IMG/VR virus record: IMGVR_UViG_3300005573_000192
Span: 1-36,146 of that record
Strand: one strand, 5' to 3'
Origin: a virus
Taxonomy: Duplodnaviria; Caudoviricetes
DNA length: 36,146 nt
Shown here: positions 1 to 9,899 of the stretch, one piece after another
Layout of the letters: each line of letters opens with the position of its first letter
Position numbering within the stretch: the first letter of the stretch is position 1
Program-made: the position numbers and the translations under genes
Notes under the pieces: generated by a model
What the model saw: only the letters and a program-made list of their open reading frames with translations
The model's database searches: none
What the model was told of the DNA's origin: nothing

Positions 1-121
1 CTCCCACCATAGAATTCCTGGAGCCTAGGAATCAAGTCTCCATAGTCTGGTTCTCCGCCTCCAGTTCCTTCGTCGCCGCCTGGATTTTCTTGGTGGCGAG
101 GCCGAAAAAAATCGCTAACAC
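1..121. repeat. Terminal direct repeat, left copy (circular assembly overlap)
   Basis: 1-121 is identical to 36026-36146 and falls inside coding sequence. Confidence 0.95.
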
Positions 122-415
122 CTTCTGCTTTTTCTCAATAGACAACCGCGCTGCGTCTTCCGCCGAAATACCTATCAGCACTTTCTGCACCATAGTGGTC
201 AAACGGGCATCAAATTCAGTGAGCTCTTTGTCTGACAAGTCTTTTGCCCTGGCCGCCATTTCATTAATTTCGCCGTATTCTTTCACCATTCTGGAATACA
301 GAACAATGCCCACATCTTCATAGTCCAGCAGTTCGTATTCTTTCCCAAAGACGCCACTAACAATTTCATGGTCAGGAACCATTGCATCCAGCACCAAAAT
401 CGGCTTTTTAGCCAT
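32..415 (-). CDS. Tail assembly chaperone (lambda gpG-like)
   Basis: Lies between the tail tube and tape measure genes across the junction. GGGAGG RBS precedes ATG at 415 (MAKKPIL). Confidence 0.8.
   Translation of the reverse strand: MAKKPILVLDAMVPDHEIVSGVFGKEYELLDYEDVGIVLYSRMVKEYGEINEMAARAKDLSDKELTEFDARLTTMVQKVLIGISAEDAARLSIEKKQKVLAIFFGLATKKIQAATKELEAENQTMET
104..110 (-). other. Putative -1 programmed frameshift site T TTT TTC
   Basis: X XXY YYZ heptamer in ATT TTT TTC. The -1 frame is open from here into ORF 35809-36060 and is closed by TGA a few codons upstream. Confidence 0.75.
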
Positions 416-444
416 CTTGTCCTCCCAAGGATTTTCAAGAAATG

Positions 445-464
445 CTGGGGGCATTTGCCCCCAG
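445..464 (-). terminator. Hairpin after the tail tube gene, possible weak terminator
   Basis: 8-bp stem CTGGGGGC/GCCCCCAG with a 4-nt loop, followed by CATTTCTT on the minus strand. Confidence 0.5.
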
Positions 465-469
465 ATTTA

Positions 470-1378
470 TCATGCTGGTGTCACTGCAATGCTCTTGGCA
501 ACACAAGCCACACCGTTTGCGTCCTGTAGTTCCGCTGTAACCACGATGGTATGTGCCGCCGCGGTCAAAGAAGTGTACACGATGGACAACGTTGGAGTGG
601 CGCTGGGTGCGCCTGCAGTGAATGACACAGGCACAAGCACCGAGTGGTCACTATCAAGGATTGCGATGACATTCGTAGCCGAAGCATTCGCAATTCTTGT
701 GCTTCCGCCGCCCGCCTTTGCGAAGGTCAGTGTGATGGTCTTGGCTGATACAACGCCCGCGCCGGAAGTCAGCGTCAATGCGCCAAGGTCGACACCCGCA
801 GAGAGCACTACAGAAGCGAAGAAACTGTTCAAGAGAGTGGCATTCGCGTTCGGGTCATCCGTGCGCACCTTCAGTTGCCAAGCCCCCGTTGCAATGAGCG
901 GCATGAATACGCCCTTGAGCGATACGCCGCGCAGAGAGACAGACTCCTTCTTGGTTTCCTCAGAATTGTCCGGCTTGATGAATTTGCATTTGTAGAGCCA
1001 AGCATACGTTGCCACACTTGACCCTGTGCGTGTAGTCTTGAATCCAATTGCCACATACGGTGACTGGTCTGTCGCCTGTTTGAGAATGCCCCCATTAACA
1101 TAGGTGTGTCCGAGGATTTCAGCCTCTGCTGCTGGGTCAATGTCGGCTAGCTCGAGAGTCACATCACCTTTCCCAATGCTGTCGGCAACGTGCAGCGCTT
1201 GGTCATCGCCATACAACACAGCGGCATTGCCGTTCGGGTTGATTGAGATTTTGCCCAGCCCCGCAAGCGATTTCACTGCCCCGTACAGTGGGGTGCCGCC
1301 CGCAGCATCAGAGGATTCATTCAGCACAGCATACACAAGGTCTTTAGCGCCAATCGCTGGTCTCATTGATACACTCAT
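470..1378 (-). CDS. Major tail (tube) protein, phi13-like, with C-terminal Ig-like extension
   Basis: IGAKDLVYA, LYGDD, PYVAIGF and WLYKCKF motifs; position; about 100-aa beta-rich C-terminal addition. Confidence 0.85.
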   Translation of the reverse strand: MSVSMRPAIGAKDLVYAVLNESSDAAGGTPLYGAVKSLAGLGKISINPNGNAAVLYGDDQALHVADSIGKGDVTLELADIDPAAEAEILGHTYVNGGILKQATDQSPYVAIGFKTTRTGSSVATYAWLYKCKFIKPDNSEETKKESVSLRGVSLKGVFMPLIATGAWQLKVRTDDPNANATLLNSFFASVVLSAGVDLGALTLTSGAGVVSAKTITLTFAKAGGGSTRIANASATNVIAILDSDHSVLVPVSFTAGAPSATPTLSIVYTSLTAAAHTIVVTAELQDANGVACVAKSIAVTPA

Positions 1379-1389
1379 AATTCACTCCT

Positions 1390-1764
1390 TCATACTAAAT
1401 CTTCAGCGCGCAGTACGCGCCGATATCTACTGGTCTTGTGACGAACGTTCGAGTCAGCGTCCGAGACATCCGCATCAAATTCTCGATTGTACATCAATCC
1501 CGCCATAACAGTGTGCAGTGCCTCATCAATGGCGGAAGTAGACCCATCAACAGTGTAAATGTCAAAAACAACTACACTATCGGCAGCAGTGGCAACGTTG
1601 TCAAAATACCCTGTATCCGCATTATTCATCTCTGTATAGATGAGGCAAGGAAACGTCGCAATCGTGCCCGGATGTTGAGGCAATAGATGACTTGTTCCGC
1701 CGAGCACAGTCATCAATGCGGCATTTGCAGTGAGCTTGCCAACGAGCCATGATTTAATCGTCAC
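1390..1764 (-). CDS. Tail terminator/completion protein
   Basis: FPCLIY...FDIY pattern, 124 aa, immediately upstream of the tail tube gene. Confidence 0.7.
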   Translation of the reverse strand: MTIKSWLVGKLTANAALMTVLGGTSHLLPQHPGTIATFPCLIYTEMNNADTGYFDNVATAADSVVVFDIYTVDGSTSAIDEALHTVMAGLMYNREFDADVSDADSNVRHKTSRYRRVLRAEDLV

Positions 1765-2204
1765 GATTCACTCTCCACACTTGCAGGATTCGTTACCACA
1801 GCTTTGAGCTTGGCAGCAATCCAATCCTTATTACGCTCGATGGCAGGCACAAGGAACGGTCGTGGAGCCATTCTTTCCGTACCGAATTCAAGCCCTTTCA
1901 ATTCGCCATTCAGAATGCCGGCATAGTCAACGTTCGTCCCAACATAACCGACAACTTCATCGGCCTCCATTTCCACACGATGAGTGATTGATGCACGAAG
2001 CCTGCCGGTGTCCACTGCAGGTGGCTCGCCTGGAGCACTGGGACCATTCGGAGACATACTTTCTTTGATGTCACGCTCCACCTTGAGGCAGCATGTGTTG
2101 ACAGCTTTCTGCATGTCGGTGCCAAGCTCCTTCGCCCGCGCTCGGAATTTAGCTTTCAATGCGGCAACCTGTGCAGCCAAGTCATCATTCAATTCGATGT
2201 TCAT
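1761..2204 (-). CDS. HK97 gp10-like neck/tail completion protein
   Basis: PAVDTGRLRASI, LEFGT and PRPFLVPA motifs. Confidence 0.85.
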   Translation of the reverse strand: MNIELNDDLAAQVAALKAKFRARAKELGTDMQKAVNTCCLKVERDIKESMSPNGPSAPGEPPAVDTGRLRASITHRVEMEADEVVGYVGTNVDYAGILNGELKGLEFGTERMAPRPFLVPAIERNKDWIAAKLKAVVTNPASVESES

Positions 2205-2497
2205 GGCAATGGCACCAGAATAGCTTCAGAGTGGGATGGCCACACATTCACTGCCCGTACATTATAGCCGCCTAACCGTGTTCCAACTGCCACATCATCG
2301 TCATGGTCGAAGAAAAACACGGCTGTATTAGCTGCTTGTAGCGAAATACCATATTGCGCAAGCTCGGCAGTAGTAAGCGATTTTGGCTGCAGATTCCCTG
2401 CAATGGTACGCACAGACTTCCACACTTTCACAGGATTGTTCTCACCATCGTATGTCGTGGTCTGGGTATAGAGAACAAGCGCTGTGTTTTTAATCAT
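2201..2497 (-). CDS. Head closure (stopper) protein
   Basis: 98 aa, beta-rich, located between the adaptor and gp10-like genes with ATGA overlaps. Confidence 0.6.
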   Translation of the reverse strand: MIKNTALVLYTQTTTYDGENNPVKVWKSVRTIAGNLQPKSLTTAELAQYGISLQAANTAVFFFDHDDDVAVGTRLGGYNVRAVNVWPSHSEAILVPLP

Positions 2498-3159
2498 GTC
2501 GCAAACCTTCTGTATCTAGCCAGAGCCGTCTTGAGAGAGTCGGTCAGCAAAGAGCCACCTGGCTCAAAGGTGTAAGACACGCCGCCTTCATTAATAGACG
2601 CCAAACCATCCGCACCTTTCACAATCGCACCATACCTAGCACACACCGCTGCTTCAGCAATGGCCTGCAAGTCAACAGGCAAAGAGTCAATAGCACCGGG
2701 CACATAATGCGGAGAGTCAGGAGGAACGGTCACGTCGTCAGGCAAGTAGTAACCTGCAGTGTAGGTCACAGAGATGTCTCTGGCGCCCTCATACGGGTCT
2801 GGTGTCAAGCCGCGCGTCAGCATGGTGCCGTTCCAGAGCTGCGGTCGGTACAGCCGACCCACCGCGGCATCTTCAGAGCTCATGAAATAGCCATCGTTCA
2901 CAATGAGAGTTTCAGAGCCAAGTGTGACGGCAGACACAGATTGTATCGGCCACTGGCTGAGATACAGATAGGGCAAACCGTTAACGGTGTGGGGTTCAGC
3001 TGTATATGTTGCCCTCTTGAACGTGCGCTCGGTGTAAGCGCAGATTGCTGCGCTCGCTTTAGTGATGAGCATCTCCAGGAGAGCATCGTGTGATGTGTCG
3101 TTAATATTCAGCAGCAACTTCACGCTGGAGAGTGTGCACAGTCCGTCAACGGTCGCCAT
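2494..3159 (-). CDS. Head-tail adaptor (gp6-like connector)
   Basis: TLSSVKLLL..DALLEMLI, ISVTYTAGY, LPVDLQ and GGVSYTF motifs. Confidence 0.8.
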   Translation of the reverse strand: MATVDGLCTLSSVKLLLNINDTSHDALLEMLITKASAAICAYTERTFKRATYTAEPHTVNGLPYLYLSQWPIQSVSAVTLGSETLIVNDGYFMSSEDAAVGRLYRPQLWNGTMLTRGLTPDPYEGARDISVTYTAGYYLPDDVTVPPDSPHYVPGAIDSLPVDLQAIAEAAVCARYGAIVKGADGLASINEGGVSYTFEPGGSLLTDSLKTALARYRRFAT

Positions 3160-3162
3160 ACA

Positions 3163-3591
3163 TCACCGCCCGTAGACCACTGCAGGTCCCGTGTCCACAT
3201 CCTTGTCAAACAGTACAACGTCAGCAGCGAGCTGGTTCGCAGGAGTGGTGCCGCCGGTGTATGTGGTGTCTTCAGTGACGCGGATATAACGCTTCGCCTT
3301 GGACAGGTCAATGCTGTACTGAGCCAAGCCCGCGGTCTTGATGTCCTTTGCAGATTCCAGTGTGGCGAAGGTTGCCGCATCAGACAGATTGGCAGCGTCT
3401 CCATCTTCAATGATGAGAGAAGCAACAGCTGCACTTGGAGACCCACTGGCAGCCTCATTGGAGAAAATCAGCAACGCAGACTGATAGCCAAGCCGGTCGA
3501 TGACTGCACCAACTATCGGAGTGCCATCAGAAAGTGTGGAGGGCAGTGCCTTCGCCGCGGTTAACCGACCCAAAGTATTAACAATGCTCAT
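3163..3591 (-). CDS. Putative head decoration/cement protein
   Basis: Small beta-rich protein directly after the capsid gene (IDRLGY..KRYIRV). Confidence 0.5.
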   Translation of the reverse strand: MSIVNTLGRLTAAKALPSTLSDGTPIVGAVIDRLGYQSALLIFSNEAASGSPSAAVASLIIEDGDAANLSDAATFATLESAKDIKTAGLAQYSIDLSKAKRYIRVTEDTTYTGGTTPANQLAADVVLFDKDVDTGPAVVYGR

Positions 3592-3623
3592 AAATCCTTC
3601 CTTTGCGCAACTACGCGCATCAT

Positions 3624-3641
3624 GGGTGGGTCACCCCACCC
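3624..3641 (-). terminator. Hairpin after the capsid gene
   Basis: GGGTGGG/CCCACCC stem with a 4-nt loop and no clear U-tract. Confidence 0.35.
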
Positions 3642-3647
3642 GAATTA

Positions 3648-4868
3648 TCATGCCTCAGCGAATATGCCGTGCACAAACGCCAACGGCTGTTTCACTGCGA
3701 AATCCAGGTCAGAGACGATTTTGATAACCGTTTCATCACGCTGGAAAGCAGAATAGGTTACGCCACCAGAGACATAGGTAGCCTCTTTCGACATGGTCAG
3801 CTCCATATCTCGCCCAACGCCCCACGCAAAATACGCCCAGTCTGCCAGCCACAAGTCAGCGTAATCGGTTGTGGAGTCGGTGTAGCTCGACAGTGTAGTT
3901 GCGATGAACGGAACAGATTCAAGAGTTTTGTCCTTGTTCATCTCGTCACGATAGATATACGCACCGGCTGTGGTTTTGAGATTTTTGAGCCAGCTCTTCA
4001 TTTTTGGGCTCATGACCCAGAACGGTTTGAGCATGGCGATGTTCGCCTGCTCAAGCAGCGTTAACATATCAACAGGAGTGTTTGCAGACAGTGGCGTGCT
4101 GGAACTACCTAGTGTCTGTATACCAGCAACGTTCACCAGCCCTTTGGGCTGATACGCAGTGCCTTTGCCATACAGAGCGGCAGTGTTGATGGCAATCGCA
4201 TAAATTTCCTGCAGGTCACGAGCGATGATGGCTTGCACCTGGGCAGGCGAGTAGCGCAGCAGGCTATTCGACACAGGCACATACGCAGAGCCAGACTTGG
4301 CAGACAGCTTCACTTCATCGAAGGTCATGCCAGTCTTGTCATTGACAGGATTTTCCGCACCCCAGGAGAATGCCCCAGATGTTGCGCCGCGGCCAAGATT
4401 CAGAGAGCCGTTAGGCATTGGATACTTGGAAATGCCAATCTTGTCAAGAAACGTTCCAGCATACAGTGGGTCGATGAATTCACTGGAAAGCTGCTGCGGA
4501 ATGAGGAATCCACCCGTTGATGGCAGCCCCGCTTCCATGCCTTTCTGAATGTAGCCATGAAGCTCTTTGTCAGAGTCGAACATCTTCTTTGCCACATCGA
4601 GCATTCTGTCCGGCTCACACTTCCCTGCCGCAGCCACAGTGATAAGCCGGCCAAGCTTCTCCAAAGGAGTGAGCCCACTTTTCACGCCTGTGGCCTCTTC
4701 CCGCTTGCGATTCTCTTCATACACCGCCTGAAATTCAGCGCGCAAGGCACTTTTGTGCTCCTCGTCTTTTGCCTTGTCCGCTTCCGCCTTCTGAGAGAGT
4801 GCAGCGTCGACAGCGGCTTTCGCGCCATCATCAATCATCTTCTTCAATTCAACATCGGTAAGCTGCAT
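3648..4868 (-). CDS. Major capsid protein, HK97 fold with N-terminal delta domain
   Basis: GGFLIP, LYGKGT..PKGL and WVMSP motifs; coiled-coil N-terminus; follows the protease gene. Confidence 0.92.
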   Translation of the reverse strand: MQLTDVELKKMIDDGAKAAVDAALSQKAEADKAKDEEHKSALRAEFQAVYEENRKREEATGVKSGLTPLEKLGRLITVAAAGKCEPDRMLDVAKKMFDSDKELHGYIQKGMEAGLPSTGGFLIPQQLSSEFIDPLYAGTFLDKIGISKYPMPNGSLNLGRGATSGAFSWGAENPVNDKTGMTFDEVKLSAKSGSAYVPVSNSLLRYSPAQVQAIIARDLQEIYAIAINTAALYGKGTAYQPKGLVNVAGIQTLGSSSTPLSANTPVDMLTLLEQANIAMLKPFWVMSPKMKSWLKNLKTTAGAYIYRDEMNKDKTLESVPFIATTLSSYTDSTTDYADLWLADWAYFAWGVGRDMELTMSKEATYVSGGVTYSAFQRDETVIKIVSDLDFAVKQPLAFVHGIFAEA

Positions 4869-4871
4869 AGC

Positions 4872-5684
4872 CTACTCCTTGTGTTTAGATTCACCGTTCT
4901 TCGGCTCATCGAACTCAAATATATGAGTGTCGATGATTTCAATTATGTCGGACACGTTCTTCGCATCCGGCTCAGTCGCTTTAGGTTCGTCTTGCCCATC
5001 GTCCTGCTGGTCAAGGTCACCGACGAGCACAGCATATTCAGCCCGTGCCTCGTCCAGTTTTGCATTAGCCTCGTCGAGCTTGTCCCGAATAGCATGCAAC
5101 GAAGCGAGTGACGCAGCGGATAGCCGCCGCCCCACTTTCGTAACAACGCTCTGAAAACTTTTTATCACCGCTGCATCCACATTGGCTTCGCGCATGATAG
5201 CAACGGCATTGGCGTTCGCAGGCACCGGAACGATAGACAGCTCCATCAATTCCTGAGACAAGAACCGTCGTCCCACCCACTGACCTTTCTCGTCCAGAAT
5301 TGGTTCCACCTGCAATCCTCGAAAGCCCACAGACACAGCGTTCAGTACACCGAGCTTGGCAAGGTTGTACACGCTGTCTACAAACAAGGCATGCTCAGAC
5401 GGAACGCCACTGGAAAGCTCTTCAACGGTGGGGAATTGCACATCAATAATCAATTGCCGCGCCGCGGTATCAATCTGCACCGATGTAGCCTTGCCAACAG
5501 GAAGTTTGTCATAGTCGTGGCCATAAAGTACCACAGGATTTTTCAGATAGTTCCCTAGTTGCCACCCCGTTGCAGTAATGATGTCACCATCACGGTCAAG
5601 AGATTCGTCTGAAGCAATGAATCGAATAACCCGCTCGCTTTGCTGAGCAGATTTAACAGATAACGTTCTCAGCTCGTCCATCAT
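4872..5684 (-). CDS. HK97-family prohead protease
   Basis: DRDGDII, NPVVLYGH, SVGF and ELSIVPVPAN motifs. Start placed at the ATGA overlap at 5684 with a GAGGAG RBS. Confidence 0.92.
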   Translation of the reverse strand: MMDELRTLSVKSAQQSERVIRFIASDESLDRDGDIITATGWQLGNYLKNPVVLYGHDYDKLPVGKATSVQIDTAARQLIIDVQFPTVEELSSGVPSEHALFVDSVYNLAKLGVLNAVSVGFRGLQVEPILDEKGQWVGRRFLSQELMELSIVPVPANANAVAIMREANVDAAVIKSFQSVVTKVGRRLSAASLASLHAIRDKLDEANAKLDEARAEYAVLVGDLDQQDDGQDEPKATEPDAKNVSDIIEIIDTHIFEFDEPKNGESKHKE

Positions 5685-7765
5685 GACTCCTCTATCACAG
5701 GCACAATGGTGCACCTGCAATTTATAACGTTCTCCGCACTGCCGTTAGGGTCTAGTGGATACATCAACGCTTCCCCGCCAACTATAAACGGCTCATCAAT
5801 ACCAACCACTTGCCCGTCTGCAGCAGCATGGATATCTCGTGTACGGTCATCCTGGGTAGCGAGCCACTCTTTCCGCTCGACACCTTCACCTTTATACACT
5901 TCGTACTGTCCAGCATTCACACTCGCTGCAGTTTCCGTGCGAGCAATAACCATAGCACGGTTTTGACTCATGTTGTCATACACGCCAGCCGTTGCAGCAC
6001 TTACACGGTCGGCAATCTCAGCCATCGATTCACCAGACTGCAGCCCGTCTGATATTTCGGCAGCAAGTTTTTCGCGCAGCTCAGAACGAGTTGTGTCGTT
6101 AATTTCTTTAGCCTTCAAGAGGCCAGCCTTATCAACCCACGCATTAAACTTCGGATTGTACAGCGAAAAATCAATGCCACCACCAAGCAATTCTTGCGCC
6201 AGCTCAAAGCCGTTCTTCAAAGATGCAAGCCAGGCAGGAGCCAATCCCGATTTCACAGCAACATCAGCGCTTTCGCCAAGCACTTTCTGTGTGGTACGTT
6301 CAACAGCGCCCATAAAGTCGCGCCCGTTGCCCAGTTCAGCTTTGAATGTGTCACGGAAAAGTTTGTCTTGGGTAGCAGCCAGTTTGCGCACAGCTTCCAT
6401 AAAGAACGGTTCGCCGCCAGCAGCTTTCGTGTCAAACACTTTCCAAACGGCAGCACGTTGCTCGGCAGAGAATTTATTCTTGACAGCCTTCGACAAAGAA
6501 TAATCAATGGTCTTTGCAGCCGGCTCAGCAATTGGCGTAGGCGCAGGAGCAGGAGCAGGCTGTGGAGCGAGCTGCGCTCCAGGTTTCACTTCAGTCAGTG
6601 AGAACGGAATGACATACACATTGTCTCGTGCTTCATCCACAGGATAGCCCATAGCCTTGCGCCATTCGGCACGGGTCAGCATGCCACGGCTCACGCCTTC
6701 ATTAACTTTTTGAAGCTTGAACGCTTCATCTTGAGGAGTCACATTCTTGTGGCGATACACAATACGATTATCATAGTCAGCAGCAATGAGCTGCCGAGTG
6801 ATGGTCGCATCCAGCGCAGCAATCTCAGGCACAAGAACGTTCTTCATGAGCAAATAGAACGCTGCATCAATGGTGGAACGATTCGAATTCTCAATAATGC
6901 CGGCAATCTCAGGAGGAAGCTGTTCATGCTGATTCGCCATGTCACGCATAAACTTGCGTGACTCAACAAAATCCATCTCGCGCTGAGAGTCAGCAATCTT
7001 CTCTATCTTCGCACCTTCCCAGGTCAAGAACGCCGGAGCACGTGCGCGAAGGAACCCACCAACGCGCTGCATCCAGGACTGCTTGAGCTGGGTAACCTCT
7101 TGCTCTGTCGCACCGGGTGCGGAAATGGCAATTGGTGGAGTGGCATCATTGTAGAAATAATTCTTCTGATATTTCGCAGCCAGTTCATCAGACTCATACT
7201 CATCCAACATATTCTCTGAACGCCCACGACCACGAGAATACGGGTCGGCAATATTTGGACTTTTAAACCACACAATGTCGGCTGGGTCAGCTTTGACAGT
7301 TTGCCCGCCCGCAACGCCCATGGGCATAAACAGAAAATATGGACTACCATAGCTCGGTGTCTGCAAGCACCATGACTTCGGCATAATGTACAGCGCTTCA
7401 ATAAACGAGCCGTTGCGAATCTTCCACCAATACGCTTCGCCGGTCAGACGCTTATAAACATAGGTCAAATATATAAACACCGAGCCATCAATCTCAGGAT
7501 ACGCAGGACAAGGTTCAAGCAGCAACGCGGTGGCAGGATGATTCAGTATCGGCTGCGCTTCGTCAGGAGAGGCATCCCACGCAGCCTTGTCATACAATGC
7601 CCACGGCACACTGGCAATGTGCGTTGCTTTAATATCAATAGCATCCAGACGAGGATTGGTATGATACAGCTCAAGCAGCGAAGCAACATTACCTTCCGGT
7701 GCTTGAGTCCACAGCTTACGAAGTCCACGCTGCTGGTCGAATTCAGCTCGCCTGGTAAGTGACAT
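5681..7765 (-). CDS. Portal protein fused to a C-terminal MuF (gp7-like minor head) domain
   Basis: HK97-type portal motifs (TGEAYW, YFYNDATP), PAPAPAP linker, then IARTET, KEW..DDRTR..H and NCRC. Confidence 0.9.
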   Translation of the reverse strand: MSLTRRAEFDQQRGLRKLWTQAPEGNVASLLELYHTNPRLDAIDIKATHIASVPWALYDKAAWDASPDEAQPILNHPATALLLEPCPAYPEIDGSVFIYLTYVYKRLTGEAYWWKIRNGSFIEALYIMPKSWCLQTPSYGSPYFLFMPMGVAGGQTVKADPADIVWFKSPNIADPYSRGRGRSENMLDEYESDELAAKYQKNYFYNDATPPIAISAPGATEQEVTQLKQSWMQRVGGFLRARAPAFLTWEGAKIEKIADSQREMDFVESRKFMRDMANQHEQLPPEIAGIIENSNRSTIDAAFYLLMKNVLVPEIAALDATITRQLIAADYDNRIVYRHKNVTPQDEAFKLQKVNEGVSRGMLTRAEWRKAMGYPVDEARDNVYVIPFSLTEVKPGAQLAPQPAPAPAPTPIAEPAAKTIDYSLSKAVKNKFSAEQRAAVWKVFDTKAAGGEPFFMEAVRKLAATQDKLFRDTFKAELGNGRDFMGAVERTTQKVLGESADVAVKSGLAPAWLASLKNGFELAQELLGGGIDFSLYNPKFNAWVDKAGLLKAKEINDTTRSELREKLAAEISDGLQSGESMAEIADRVSAATAGVYDNMSQNRAMVIARTETAASVNAGQYEVYKGEGVERKEWLATQDDRTRDIHAAADGQVVGIDEPFIVGGEALMYPLDPNGSAENVINCRCTIVPVIEES

Positions 7766-7992
7766 TACACCCTATCCTTCCTGCTTTTCGGCAGCATAGG
7801 CTTCGTTTCCACGACATTCGCCGGCTTCGTTTCAACAGCAGCCGCAGCCAAATCTGTTTCCGGCTTGGCAAACTGCTTGTCATGACAAACGGTGCACTTG
7901 CCATCAGAATAGTCGTAATGATAACCACACACAGGCTTTCCACATTCACGACATTTGAGAACGCTTGGCATCCCGCAAATATAACACACCAT
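7765..7992 (-). CDS. Small zinc-finger protein
   Basis: CxxC, CxxC, CxxH and CxxC motifs; AGGAG RBS; fills the gap between terL and portal. Confidence 0.65.
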   Translation of the reverse strand: MVCYICGMPSVLKCRECGKPVCGYHYDYSDGKCTVCHDKQFAKPETDLAAAAVETKPANVVETKPMLPKSRKDRV

Positions 7993-8004
7993 AGTCTTCT
8001 CCTA

Positions 8005-9414
8005 TTAAAGAATTGCAAAAGTCGGCCGAGACAAGCTCTTCTCCACCACACCGGTTAGCGCATCCATGGCATCGTCGTGAGCCCACTTGCCGCTTCGACC
8101 CACACGAGTGATGTCCTCATAAAATCGTGGCCAACGATATTGCCATCCTTCAGGAAATAACACACAGTTATTAACAGATATTGCATTAGAGAGTATTCGC
8201 GCTTGTTTATTTTCAGACTGATGGAACCAATCGATGGCAGTTTCAGTATTGCCTGCAGCTCTAATCAATTTCTCCACAGCACGCGCAAAGCCGCGCCCAC
8301 CATTATTCGACTCAATGTGTGCCCGGTGCACCTTATGATTGATGAGTGTTTTAGCCAGCGCCGGTTCCGTCACTTCCATGCTGTCCTGGGTGTAAATAAC
8401 GTCCAGAACATAGGCCAACCCCGAGGCCACACCATAAGTAATGGACGCCAAGTAATCCGAGCCTTCGTCCGCAGTGTCTGTGTAGTTTTCAATCTTTGAG
8501 AATTTCGGAGCATCCTCAAGGCGATACGTTTTCAATGACGGATAGAGCTTGTCGGTTGAATCATACGGCTTTTGGTCATAGTTGGCTGCGTGAATCACCG
8601 GGTCGGTTTTTGTCCTGCGGTCAAGATAGGTCGCAGCGTCCAAAATGGCAGGACACAACATGTCGTCGTCAGTAGGATTCTCCGCACCGGTAACGTTCGC
8701 TGGCAGAACAACAACGTGCCACTTCTCAGGTTCTTTTTCGAGCAGCCAACCACACAAGTCGCCCGTTGCCCAACGTGTCATCAAGAGCAGCTGCTTCGCG
8801 CCAGACTCCAGCCGCGAAAGGAATGTGTTGACATACCAGTCACGAATGTTCTCCAGCACAGTGTCATTAAACGCTTCATCAGAGGATTTGACTGGGTCGT
8901 CAATAATGCCGCGAGTGCATCCAATGCCGGTCAAAGTGCCGCCAGGAGACGTCGCCAAAAACGAGAACGGAGAACCTTCCACGCTCCAAGCCTCATACGC
9001 ACTGTCGCCAGCTTTAACCCGTGTACGGAAATAGTCGCTGTACACCAACCGAGAGCCCATCTTCACTTCTTGCATAGCATCCCGAACGCCGCGAGCGAAT
9101 CGAGAGGACAGCTTCTCATTGTACGACACGCACACATACGACTGCAACGGGTCACGTCCCAAATCCCACTGAACCAGCCCCATCACAGACAACGTTTTGC
9201 CGTGTCGTGGAGGCATGTTCAACATAAGATTCTGAACAGGCTGCCCGGTGTCGTCAAGCAGCTTGTCCTCAATGAATGCTTGGAGAGTGTCGCACAGTGT
9301 TTTCAGATGTGGCTTATCACGAGTATAGAATCGCGGATACTGATTCCGCATGTACTCATACAGCGAAAGCTGTCCTGCGAGTATGCGAATCTCAGTAGGC
9401 GAAAGTATTTTCAC
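8005..9414 (-). CDS. terL: Terminase large subunit
   Basis: Walker A MPPRHGKT, Walker B IIDDP, MTRW, nuclease motifs DTA, IESNNGG and HDDAMDA. Confidence 0.95.
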   Translation of the reverse strand: MKILSPTEIRILAGQLSLYEYMRNQYPRFYTRDKPHLKTLCDTLQAFIEDKLLDDTGQPVQNLMLNMPPRHGKTLSVMGLVQWDLGRDPLQSYVCVSYNEKLSSRFARGVRDAMQEVKMGSRLVYSDYFRTRVKAGDSAYEAWSVEGSPFSFLATSPGGTLTGIGCTRGIIDDPVKSSDEAFNDTVLENIRDWYVNTFLSRLESGAKQLLLMTRWATGDLCGWLLEKEPEKWHVVVLPANVTGAENPTDDDMLCPAILDAATYLDRRTKTDPVIHAANYDQKPYDSTDKLYPSLKTYRLEDAPKFSKIENYTDTADEGSDYLASITYGVASGLAYVLDVIYTQDSMEVTEPALAKTLINHKVHRAHIESNNGGRGFARAVEKLIRAAGNTETAIDWFHQSENKQARILSNAISVNNCVLFPEGWQYRWPRFYEDITRVGRSGKWAHDDAMDALTGVVEKSLSRPTFAIL

Positions 9415-9770
9415 TCATCACCTTCAGCAAGTGCTTCGTTCGCCGCAATAACGGCAGCCTTCTGCTTCTCTGTCAGAGCGCCATATTGAATGGCAACAGC
9501 GGAGCCGGAAAGCTGAACCACAGTACTTTGAGGCACAGCGCCCCACGCACGGTCAAAAACAATTTTGATGCACTTGGTGTTGCCCTCGATTGCGCCTTTC
9601 ACAGTCTTGAGCACAATTGCTTCAGCTGCGGTGATGGTCTTGCCATCTTCCACAGTGAACTTCGCTTTGAGCGCCTTGCGCAGCAGTACATCAAAGCGAA
9701 CCTCACCCCGCTGCTTGCCTTTCGGATTGCCCGAAACGCCAGGCTTGAAACGGGTCGCTTCATTAGACAT
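9411..9770 (-). CDS. terS: Terminase small subunit (DUF5681-like)
   Basis: RFKPGVSGNPKG motif; overlaps the terL start. Confidence 0.75.
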   Translation of the reverse strand: MSNEATRFKPGVSGNPKGKQRGEVRFDVLLRKALKAKFTVEDGKTITAAEAIVLKTVKGAIEGNTKCIKIVFDRAWGAVPQSTVVQLSGSAVAIQYGALTEKQKAAVIAANEALAEGDE

Positions 9771-9899
9771 AGAGACCTGCAATGAATAGCGCTATTTCCA
9801 TACATTGCTCCCTCATCGTTAATCATCGCACTTCCTGGAAGAAAAAGCAAGGACATATACGGACATATCACGACATAATTTCTAGTCAAAAATTTCACT

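Noticed and set aside
8572-9489. 305-aa plus-strand ORF
   Set aside because: Antisense shadow of terL with no recognisable motifs.
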